Positions 25,965 through 34,076 of a stretch of DNA of 47,600 nt are shown here, in pieces. Every line of letters begins with the position of its first letter. Positions within the stretch are counted from its first letter, which is position 1. Under the pieces are notes generated by a model. The model saw only the letters and a list, made by a program, of their open reading frames with translations. It searched no databases and had not been told where the DNA came from. The DNA lies in contig JAGRLM010000088.1 of assembly GCA_020441795.1 (NCBI GenBank), positions 930-48,529 of the forward strand, read 5' to 3'. A program made the position numbers and the translations under genes. The stretch is from Nitratireductor sp. (GTDB lineage Bacteria; Pseudomonadota; Alphaproteobacteria; Rhizobiales; Rhizobiaceae).

Positions 25965-26240
25965 TGGTCTCCTGTATGTCGGCCTTGGGCGGACAGTGCC
26001 GCAGCACGCGGGGTCAGCGAATGTCCGAAGAGCCACATAATGATTCGCAGAGTTGCTGGACCAGTTGCGGCCCCATATGGGGCGTTCGTTTGCAGAGAGG
26101 CGGGTTCATGCTTTCTTCCCATTCTCTGATCCCAAAACAGATAGCACGAAGACCGCCCGTCGTCATTTCATACATTGAAGGTGCACAGTCAATGCACGGG
26201 GAATTCCTTCCTCGCATCATCGATGAGATTGAATTTCATC
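25965..26240 (-). mobile_element. Degraded 5' part of an IS3-family orfB (transposase N-terminus)
   Basis: The minus strand from 26239 reads MKFNLIDDARKEFPVH*LCTFNV*. This matches the usual IS3 OrfB start (MKxxFI....EFPV..LC..L.VS) but has stops and frameshifts. Downstream similarity is weak. Confidence 0.4.
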
Positions 26241-26982
26241 CGTTGCGTGGCAGGCTTTGCTCCGAAACGCGGAGAAGCGACCTCCCACCCTGGTGAGAAA
26301 AGTCGCGGCCGATTTGGGTATCTCGGGCTTCTGGCCTGCCAGTCTTGCCGGTCACCCCGGTTCCGAGGGTCCGTGCGGCGGTTAGACCGGAGAACAGGAA
26401 GCCGCCGCGCCAAGACACAAGCGACAGGAAAAAGAACACCAGAAAGAGACAGAGAGTGGCGTCAAGGTCGATCTCTGCCAGAGTTTCATCGAGAGGACCA
26501 TTGCCGAACCGGAGGCAGGCCGCCTGTCATTGATGGAGCAATGGAACAGCTTATGAGGTGATGGCTGGCTTGGGAGATCGCGCCCTCCATGTGCCTGCAT
26601 AGGACCCTGTGCAGTTGCCACTGCAGCAGGCTTTCATGAACTTGGGCACTGGACCGGCTACCGATCGCAGCAGGATCGCGATTAGGGTGGCCACGGCAGC
26701 ACAAAGACCTATGCCCGCGAGGAACTGGTCGCAGAGATGCGCGGCACCTTTGCTCGCGCCACGCTCTCTATTCAGTCTGACCTGCGAATTGCGGAAAGAT
26801 CTGGAACGGCAGTTGGTGTGAATTCACCGAAGCTGGGAGGAATTCATGCCAGTTTGCAAAATGCAGACATCTATCCCGCGGGGTTCCTTTCGTGACGGTG
26901 CTTCGGCGCATGGGCGATCCGGGACCATGCCGGTGGATGGATCTGCCAAACAGCAATTTTCTGTTGCTGCAGATTATCAAGC

Positions 26983-27309
26983 TCAGCCAGCTTTCAGATA
27001 CGGGATGGCCCCGGCAATATCCGTGTCGTCGATGACATGGAAATTGCTGACGCTACCTGCTTGCCGCGCCTGCCCGTAGGGTGCGTATTCAGGGTCGGCA
27101 GCAAAGCTGTTCAATGCCTCGCGAGTGGGAAATTCGACAATCGCGATCAGTGTGCTGTCCTTTTCCGCTCCCTCCAGTGTCTCGATATTTCCGCTGCGCG
27201 ACAAGTATTTGCCGCCATGTTTTTCGACCAGGTTGTGAACATTGGTTGCATATTCGGGAACCCAACCGTCATCCGTAACCTTGATGTCTGCTATCAGGTA
27301 AACACTCAT
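26983..27309 (-). CDS. DUF1330 domain protein
   Basis: SD GGAGAGAGAG then ATG 27309 gives MSVYLIADIKVTDDGWVPEY...GGKYLSRSG...IAIVEFPTREALNSF..PEY. This is the typical DUF1330 (dimeric alpha-beta barrel) pattern. Confidence 0.8.
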   Translation of the reverse strand: MSVYLIADIKVTDDGWVPEYATNVHNLVEKHGGKYLSRSGNIETLEGAEKDSTLIAIVEFPTREALNSFAADPEYAPYGQARQAGSVSNFHVIDDTDIAGAIPYLKAG

Positions 27310-27485
27310 GCTCTCTCTCCATTTGTCTGCCGCTTCGATTGTGAACATCGATGTCGGTACAGAAGAACTATCGAAGTTGCCGGTCGCAGGTCCAGTTCCC
27401 GAACTGAACTGCCTGGTTCAGATTCTGTACTAGGCAGGTGGGTTTAAATGGCTAGGGTTGGAATCCTTCGAATGGGAGATTTTGG

Positions 27486-28178
27486 ATGACACAAGCTGGT
27501 TACAAGCAATTCTGCCCTGTCGCCATGGCGGCCGAAGTTTTGTGCACCCGCTGGACGATGGTCCTGATGCGGGAACTCGTTGCCGGAACCACCCGGTTCA
27601 ATGATCTGCGCCGCGGCGTCCCGAAAATGTCGCCTGCACTGCTATCCACGCGCCTGAAGGAACTTGAGATAGCCGGTGTGGTCGAGCGCATACCTTTGAA
27701 ATCTGAAAAGGGCGTCTTCGAATACCACCTGACAGATGCGGGAAAAGATCTGCGCCCGGTTGTCGAAGCGATTGGATTGTGGGGCCAGAAGTGGATCGAA
27801 TCCTCGCTTTCCCTGAAGAATCTCGACCCTTCATTGTTGATGTGGGACATGCGTCGAAATCTCGATCCGTCGCCGCTACCGCCGATCCGCACGGTGGTTC
27901 AGTTTCTGTATTCGGATTTGCCGGCCACAAAAAGCCATTGGTGGCTGGTTATTGAACCGGGTGGTGACGTTGATCTTTGTTGGTCAGATCCGGGGTTTGA
28001 GATCGATCTCTATGTGACTACCGATCTGCGAACAATGACGGCAATTTGGATGGGTTTGGGCACCATCGAAAGCGAACGCGACAAGATCGAACTGCTGGGT
28101 GAGAAAAAGGTCGCGGAGTCCATGCAGGTCTGGCTTGGTCTCAGCCCTTTCGCAAAACAAAAGAAACTCGTTGCATAG
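27486..28178 (+). CDS. HxlR-family winged-helix regulator with ~110-aa C-terminal extension
   Basis: CPVAMAAEVLCTRWTMVLMRELVAGTTRFNDLRRGVPKMSPALLSTRLKELEIAGVVER is the HxlR signature. Its 230 aa is about twice the usual length. Confidence 0.8.
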   Translation: MTQAGYKQFCPVAMAAEVLCTRWTMVLMRELVAGTTRFNDLRRGVPKMSPALLSTRLKELEIAGVVERIPLKSEKGVFEYHLTDAGKDLRPVVEAIGLWGQKWIESSLSLKNLDPSLLMWDMRRNLDPSPLPPIRTVVQFLYSDLPATKSHWWLVIEPGGDVDLCWSDPGFEIDLYVTTDLRTMTAIWMGLGTIESERDKIELLGEKKVAESMQVWLGLSPFAKQKKLVA

Positions 28179-28536
28179 CAATATTAGTTAGCCGGTAAAT
28201 TTAAGCGATATGTATCGGGCCGACAGTGAGCCATCCGAATTGCTGTGTGATTGGCGATTGGCAGCAATGAGGTAGCTGCGGCGTAGCATTTGACTGGGCG
28301 ACGGAGGATCTCAAACGCCATTTCCGCGTCGAAAGGTTGCTGCGCCAGCCGGGATAGTCCAAAATTTCAAACAGGCTGTAGGCTGATATTTTCCGCAGTG
28401 GTGAACCCGGCAAATCGCAAGGTCGGAAGCCCACATGCAAGAAAATGTGCTGAAAATCTCCGCGATGCGGATTTCCCGAGACCTTTCCAATTGCCGAAGG
28501 TAAGACCAGCAAACATTTTCAACAAATGGAGCAGTA

Positions 28537-29325
28537 ATGACCACAGCTTCCAGACTGGACTTCGCAATCGACATCGCCCGGCAGGCAGGAAATTTTGCGA
28601 AGGCGCATTTCGATGCCTTCGATTCCCTGATCATTGAGAGCAAGGGCCATCAGGACCTGGTCTCGAATGCAGACAAGGATACCGAGACACTCATCCGTGC
28701 GGCGATTGAAGAGCATTGGCCAGATGATGGCATTGTCGGCGAAGAGCATGGCCGCAAGCATGGGACGACAGGCTATGACTGGGTCATCGACCCGATTGAC
28801 GGAACCGCCAATTTTGTTCGCGGAATTCCGCAATGGTGCGTGGCCATCGCAGTTGCAAGGGAAGGTTCGGCGGTGATCGGCGTCATCAACGAGCCATGTT
28901 CGGGCGAATTGTTCCATGCATCCCTTGATGGTGGCGCCTTCTGCAACGGCAAGCCGATTCGTGCTTCCATCGCCAGGGATATTGGAGAGGGATCAGTCGG
29001 CACCGGATTTTCCGGCCGTGTCCATGGTGCCAACATCGTCAGGGCAGTAGATCGCATTGTGACCGGTGGGGGCGTCTTTTTTCGCAACGCATCGGGCGCG
29101 CTGATGTTGGCCTACACCGCTGGAGGACGTCTGCTGGGCTATATCGAGGAGCACATGAACAGTTGGGACTGCATAGCCGGCTTGTTGATGATCCGGGAAG
29201 CAGGTGGTATCATTGTCGAACCAGACCCGGCCACTTCGCTTGACAACGGCACGGTGGTCATTGCGGGCGGGCCCAATGTCTTTGCTGCGATCAAGGATAT
29301 TGCCGACGACTGTTTCGAGTTGTGA
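28537..29325 (+). CDS. Inositol monophosphatase family protein (SuhB-like)
   Basis: Motifs GEEHG and WVIDPIDGTANF, with a WD..AG motif near the C-terminus (SWDCIAG). Confidence 0.9.
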   Translation: MTTASRLDFAIDIARQAGNFAKAHFDAFDSLIIESKGHQDLVSNADKDTETLIRAAIEEHWPDDGIVGEEHGRKHGTTGYDWVIDPIDGTANFVRGIPQWCVAIAVAREGSAVIGVINEPCSGELFHASLDGGAFCNGKPIRASIARDIGEGSVGTGFSGRVHGANIVRAVDRIVTGGGVFFRNASGALMLAYTAGGRLLGYIEEHMNSWDCIAGLLMIREAGGIIVEPDPATSLDNGTVVIAGGPNVFAAIKDIADDCFEL

Positions 29326-29328
29326 CGT

Positions 29329-30399
29329 CTATTCGGCGACCAGAACCGGCCCTCGTCCGGGAAAATCCAGCCCCACCTTGTCGCCTGGCTTGAAGGCTGC
29401 GTCGACGTCATTGCACAGCGCGAATATCGGGCCCGCTTCGGTCATCGCCATGCATTCCAGATGCTTGCCAACATAAGTGACCTTGCTCAGCGTTGCAGGC
29501 AGGGTGTTTTTTGTCGAACCCTTCACCAGATTGATCCGGTTGGGTCGAATGGCAAGCCGGGCCGGACCGACCGCCTGACCACGGGCTGGGAGATCCAGCT
29601 TGACCGGACCCAGCCTGACGCTGGCAATACCAGCCTTGATTTTCGTGATTTCACAATTCAGCAAATTGGCCTCACCAATGAAATCCGCGACAAATGTATT
29701 GGCCGGCGCATCATAGAGTTCGCGCGGCGTGCCTTCCTGGGCAACCACCGCATTGTTCATGACGATGATGCGGTCAGACACCGCCAATGCCTCTTCCTGA
29801 TCGTGGGTTACATAGACAACCGTCAGGCCAAGCTTGGTCTGTATGTCCCGGATATCCTCCCGGACCTGGCGGCGCAGTTTGGCATCCAGGTTTGAAAGCG
29901 GCTCGTCGAACAACAGGACCTGCGGTTCGAGAACAAGGGCCCGCGCCACGGCAACGCGCTGCTGCTGACCACCGGAAAGCTGGCTTGGAAGTCGTGCGCC
30001 ATAATCCTGCAGGCCGACAAGGGTCAACCCCGCCATGGCGCGATCAGCAATCTCCCTTTTTGGAAAACCCGAAAATTTCAGCCCGTATTCGACGTTTTCG
30101 CGAACCGTCATGTGCGGAAACAGCGCGTAGGATTGGAAGACCATCGAGACATCGCGCTCGGTCGCGGGAAGCGTCGTCACATCCTTGCCGCCAATGATGA
30201 TCTGGCCGCTGGTCACAAATTCCAGCCCTGCAATCATTCGCAAGGTGGTAGTCTTGCCACAGCCGGATGGCCCCAACAGTGTCACCAGTCTGCCTTCCTC
30301 GACATGGATGGAAACGTTGTCGACTGCCGCCACCCTTGAGCCCGGATACACCTTGCTCACATTGCGGAATTCGACCGATGCAGCATTGCTCTTGATCAC
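29329..30399 (-). CDS. ABC importer ATP-binding protein, FbpC/PotA type with C-terminal TOBE-like domain
   Basis: Walker A GPSGCGKTT, signature LSGGQQQRVAVARAL, Walker B LLFDEPLSNLD. GTG 30399 immediately follows the permease stop. Confidence 0.9.
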   Translation of the reverse strand: MIKSNAASVEFRNVSKVYPGSRVAAVDNVSIHVEEGRLVTLLGPSGCGKTTTLRMIAGLEFVTSGQIIIGGKDVTTLPATERDVSMVFQSYALFPHMTVRENVEYGLKFSGFPKREIADRAMAGLTLVGLQDYGARLPSQLSGGQQQRVAVARALVLEPQVLLFDEPLSNLDAKLRRQVREDIRDIQTKLGLTVVYVTHDQEEALAVSDRIIVMNNAVVAQEGTPRELYDAPANTFVADFIGEANLLNCEITKIKAGIASVRLGPVKLDLPARGQAVGPARLAIRPNRINLVKGSTKNTLPATLSKVTYVGKHLECMAMTEAGPIFALCNDVDAAFKPGDKVGLDFPGRGPVLVAE

Positions 30400-32640
30400 T
30401 TATCCACCTCCTGCAACCTGCAATTGCCTGGCGGAGCCTGCTTGCCCGCGCCGACCGATATCACGCCGTCCAACGATCAGTTGCATGAGTCCAATGACAA
30501 GCAGCATCACAAAGATGAGTGCCGTCGAATAAGCGATTGCAATCCCGTATTCATTGTTTTCGACCCGACCGACAATATAGCTGGTCGACAGGTCATAGCG
30601 TGCGCTGACGAGAAAGATCACGGCGCTGATCGCGGTCATTGCCCGCACAAACGAATATACCAGCGCTGCAAGTATGGCCGGTCGCAGCAGCGGCAGGATG
30701 ATCCGGATGAATGTCTGGAACGAATTGGCACCAAGCGTGAGCGAGGATTCATCCAGGCTCCTGTCCAGTTGTGACATGGATGCCACCCCGGCGCGCACAC
30801 CAACCGGCATGTTGCGGAAAATGAAGGAGATGATGAGGATGATCGCAGTTCCCGTGATCTCGATTGGTGGTACATTGAATGCAATCACATAGGAGACACC
30901 GATCACCGTACCGGGAATTGCAAAGGACAGCATGGTTCCAAATTCGAAGGCAGCCTTGCCGGCAAAGCTTTGCCGGACCAGCAGATAAGCCGTAAGCAGG
31001 CCGATAAGCGCCGTCGGCAAGGCGGAAATCAGTGCGATCCACAGGGTGGTGAAAAACGAATCCCAGGCCGATCCTTTCCAGTGAATTCCGAACTCGTTCC
31101 ACCCGATGGCAAAGGCCTGCACATAGTGATCAAGGGTAAGGGATGCATCGACACCCCACAATTTGACGAAGCTCGCGTAAAAGATCGTGCAGTAAACAAT
31201 GACCGTCAGCAACAACCAGAACGCCGCTATCGAACCGATTCCCAGTGTAAGCGCACGCGGCAGCGGCGGATGCATTCCCGCGTCGCCCTTGCCTGCTACC
31301 GTCGTGTAGGACTTGTTGCCGAGCCAGAACCGCTGCGCATAAAAGGCAGTCAGGGTGAAAAGCAGCAGCACGATCGCCAGAACCGCAGCCTGGGCCTGAT
31401 CATATTGCGCGCCGACAATGGCGAAGAATATCTCGGTCGAAAGGACATCGAAATTTCCGCCAAGCACGAGCGGATTACCGAAGTCCGCCATGCTTTCGAT
31501 GAAGCCGAGCAAAAACGCATTGGCAAGCCCGGGCCGCATCAGCGGCAGTGAAACCGTCCAGAATGTCTGCCAGCGATTGGCGCGCAAGGTTTGTGCCGCC
31601 TCTTCCATCGAGGGGCTTACGCCTTCGACAACGCCGATCAGAACCAGAAATGCGATTGGGGTGAATGCCAGTGTTTGCGCAATCAGCAGGCCTGGCAAAC
31701 CATATACCCAGCGTGTCGGTTGGGTATCGAACAATTCAGCCCAGCCCTGGGTGAAGACCCCCGAAAGTCCAAACAGCAGGATGATTGCCAGGCCGATGAC
31801 GAAAGGCGGAGTGATAACCGGAAGCACCGTGAGCGCCCGCAATACTTTCTGGAATCGCGCATTGGTTCGCGTCGCAATCAGGGCGAATACCAGGCCAAGC
31901 AATGTTGTTACAAAGCCGACAACCAGGGCAAGGAAGAGTGAATTCCAGGCCACCCCGCACCGTGAGCCGCCCATTATACATTCCAGGCCCCAAATCCGCG
32001 AGGAGAGGAATTTGCCAAGGAATGAACTTGCCGAATATCCCCCATCCTCGGTCACCAGTGCACTGCCAAGCATCTTCACAACCGGCATGAAGATGAAAAG
32101 CGTGACCAGGCCAATGATGAGGCCAATGGAGCTGACCACAAACACATCCCCGCCAACGGCCCCCCTGGCGGCAATGCCTAGCGCAAGCAGAAACAGGAAT
32201 GCACATCCGACGAACACCGCACCCCAGCCCATGCCGAACTGGCGGTCGGGAAATTTGCCGAAAAGCTCGTTCAGGAAACCGAAATTCCAGCCACGCAGGC
32301 TGATGCCGAAGCCCTGGGCGAAGAACCAGATCAATCCGGCAACACCCACTGCAATGAGCACATTGGCAAAAACCGGATCATTCTTGGGCCTGCCCCACAA
32401 GCTCAATGGCAAGAGGAGCAGCAGGCCCATGGGAGCCAGCCACAGTTTATGACCCTGCAAGGCCAGAAAAAGCGCGGGCGCCGAGTTCTTGTCGAATGGA
32501 TAGCCGTTGAGGAGCCATTCGAACGAGAACAGCCCGTCATCAAGCATATACCATGGTAACAGGGCAAAACCGGCCAAGCCCACCGCCATCCAGAAGATGA
32601 CGGCAGGGTGAAGGCTGTCTTGATGGCGAATCTGCCTCAC
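30400..32640 (-). CDS. Fused two-domain ABC permease, FbpB-like (746 aa)
   Basis: Two MalFG-type permease halves plus about 180 extra N-terminal hydrophobic residues. The start is uncertain (GTG 32640 or ATG 32589). Confidence 0.85.
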   Translation of the reverse strand: MRQIRHQDSLHPAVIFWMAVGLAGFALLPWYMLDDGLFSFEWLLNGYPFDKNSAPALFLALQGHKLWLAPMGLLLLLPLSLWGRPKNDPVFANVLIAVGVAGLIWFFAQGFGISLRGWNFGFLNELFGKFPDRQFGMGWGAVFVGCAFLFLLALGIAARGAVGGDVFVVSSIGLIIGLVTLFIFMPVVKMLGSALVTEDGGYSASSFLGKFLSSRIWGLECIMGGSRCGVAWNSLFLALVVGFVTTLLGLVFALIATRTNARFQKVLRALTVLPVITPPFVIGLAIILLFGLSGVFTQGWAELFDTQPTRWVYGLPGLLIAQTLAFTPIAFLVLIGVVEGVSPSMEEAAQTLRANRWQTFWTVSLPLMRPGLANAFLLGFIESMADFGNPLVLGGNFDVLSTEIFFAIVGAQYDQAQAAVLAIVLLLFTLTAFYAQRFWLGNKSYTTVAGKGDAGMHPPLPRALTLGIGSIAAFWLLLTVIVYCTIFYASFVKLWGVDASLTLDHYVQAFAIGWNEFGIHWKGSAWDSFFTTLWIALISALPTALIGLLTAYLLVRQSFAGKAAFEFGTMLSFAIPGTVIGVSYVIAFNVPPIEITGTAIILIISFIFRNMPVGVRAGVASMSQLDRSLDESSLTLGANSFQTFIRIILPLLRPAILAALVYSFVRAMTAISAVIFLVSARYDLSTSYIVGRVENNEYGIAIAYSTALIFVMLLVIGLMQLIVGRRDIGRRGQAGSARQLQVAGGG

Positions 32641-32642
32641 GC

Positions 32643-33668
32643 TTATTGCGGAAGCGTGGAGACTTCGTCATCCCACTTCTTCAAGAGACGCTTGCGCTCG
32701 TCGGAAGAGCCGTATTTCTTGAAGTCGTAGTTGATCAGCTTGACTTGCGACAGGTCTGGCGCGAGCGGAGACTGCACGGCAGCCTTGTTGGAGGGCACCT
32801 GGAACGACTTGACGTCTTTCGCCCGTGACTGAACATCGGCAGTCAGGGCCCAGTCGTAAAACTTCTTGGCTGATTCAAGATTGCGGGCACCAGCAATGAT
32901 CGACATCGAGCCGATTTCATAACCCGTACCCTCACATGGTGCGACCGTCACGATCGGGAAGCCGCTTGCCGCCTGGGCAACGGCATCATGCATGAATACG
33001 ATCCCGATCATGTTCTCGCCCAGGCCTGCGGCCTTGATCGGGGCGGATCCGGACTTGGTATACTGGTTGATGTTCTTGTGCAGGTCCTTCATGTATTGAA
33101 AGCCGTCATCCTCGCCGAACAACTGCACCATCGTGGCCAGCGTCGTATAGGCTGTGCCGGAGGAGTTCGGGTTGGCCATCTGGACCTGGCCCTTGTATTC
33201 GGGCTTGATCAGGTCTTTCCAGCATGCAGGCGCGGCCAGGCCGGCTTTTTCAAGCAGGTCCTTGTTGTAGCCAAAACCAAGTGCGCCGGAATAGATGCCA
33301 ATCGTCTTGTTGCCAGCAGATTCCGCCTGTCGGATGGCCCAGTCATTGAGTTGGTCGCGCATCGGCGAAACATATTCCTCGGTCAGGTTCTCTTCTGCCG
33401 CCTGCAAGTGCGGATCACCCGTACCACCCCACCAGATATCGCCTTTCGGGTTGGCTGCTTCGGCCTTGATCTGGGCAAAGGTCTCGCCGGAGCTCTTGCG
33501 GGTCATGTCGACCTTGATGCCGGTTTCCTCCTCGAAACCGCGCGCCATCAATTGGCACCATGCCTCATCGGCAGAGCAATATAAGGTCAGGTTGTCCGCA
33601 GCAGCAATCGCGGTTCCAGCCAGCAGTGAAGCAACCAGCGCCGATGCGCCCAAAAGCAGTTTTCTCAT
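32643..33668 (-). CDS. Periplasmic substrate-binding protein, family 1 (Fe(III)/FbpA-AfuA-like)
   Basis: Signal peptide ending AIAA-ADN. GDIWWGGTGDPHL-type motif. Operon context with FbpB/C-like genes. Substrate not established. Confidence 0.8.
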   Translation of the reverse strand: MRKLLLGASALVASLLAGTAIAAADNLTLYCSADEAWCQLMARGFEEETGIKVDMTRKSSGETFAQIKAEAANPKGDIWWGGTGDPHLQAAEENLTEEYVSPMRDQLNDWAIRQAESAGNKTIGIYSGALGFGYNKDLLEKAGLAAPACWKDLIKPEYKGQVQMANPNSSGTAYTTLATMVQLFGEDDGFQYMKDLHKNINQYTKSGSAPIKAAGLGENMIGIVFMHDAVAQAASGFPIVTVAPCEGTGYEIGSMSIIAGARNLESAKKFYDWALTADVQSRAKDVKSFQVPSNKAAVQSPLAPDLSQVKLINYDFKKYGSSDERKRLLKKWDDEVSTLPQ

Positions 33669-34076
33669 TCCATCCTCCCTGAGTTTCCGCCCTCAAGCGG
33701 CAAGGAGAACAGTTTTATGACAATTTTGTAACAACGCAAGCCTTTGGAAAAAACAGTTTTTGTACCCTTCAGGCGGCGCGCATCAACAATGCAATGCCAC
33801 GGGCAATTGCTGCTGCTATCCCACCGAAAAACGGTGAACACGCGCAAAGCGGGATGGGTGCGAGAAGGCGAGTTGCCGCCGTTACACAAGACGAGGGTCA
33901 GGCATCTGCGGCAACAGCTACCATCACCCCGTTTCGGCTTTCACATTCAGGCGGTCATCTTGATAGGTTGACGATGAACGATTTGCAGGCTTCGGCGAAG
34001 TTCGATGTCTAGATGCGGTTGCGATCCTCTTTCGTCGCCGGGCACATCTTCCTTTGAATCAGTCAGACATATCGAT

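Noticed and set aside
17200-26000. Idea that the IS-bracketed block is compositionally distinct (higher GC) from its surroundings.
   Set aside because: Single 60-nt lines counted by hand gave about 62% inside (23.4 kb) and about 52% at 28.6 kb. The left flank (15-16.6 kb) is equally GC-rich, so only the right boundary shows a drop. Not solid without a windowed calculation.
26241-26560. Expected IS3 orfA upstream (minus strand) of the orfB start remnant.
   Set aside because: None of the three minus frames gives a recognisable OrfA (HTH plus leucine zipper). There is only a faint ...EARD..I...F..GG resemblance. Too weak to call.
26551-26637. 28-codon Cys-rich mini-ORF on the minus strand (MKACCSGNCTGSYAGTWRARSPKPAITS), superficially like a small peptide precursor.
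   Set aside because: It has no Shine-Dalgarno sequence and no neighbouring maturation or export genes. It sits in eroded IS-associated DNA. Most likely chance.
26846-27079. 77-aa plus-strand ORF with a good SD (GGGAGG-n5-ATG).
   Set aside because: Its 3' third is antisense to the well-supported DUF1330 gene. The translation is not protein-like.
31418-32452. 344-aa plus-strand ORF.
   Set aside because: It is antisense to the FbpB-like permease. It is a low-complexity Ser/Pro/Arg-rich translation.
33669-34076. 408-bp leader/intergenic region upstream of the FbpA-like gene, examined for a riboswitch, iron boxes or a small gene.
   Set aside because: I found no TPP-like or other recognisable riboswitch core and no Irr or RirA-type box. 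The short ORFs here are not protein-like. Only short ACA(A/G)TTTT(T)GTA repeats were seen.
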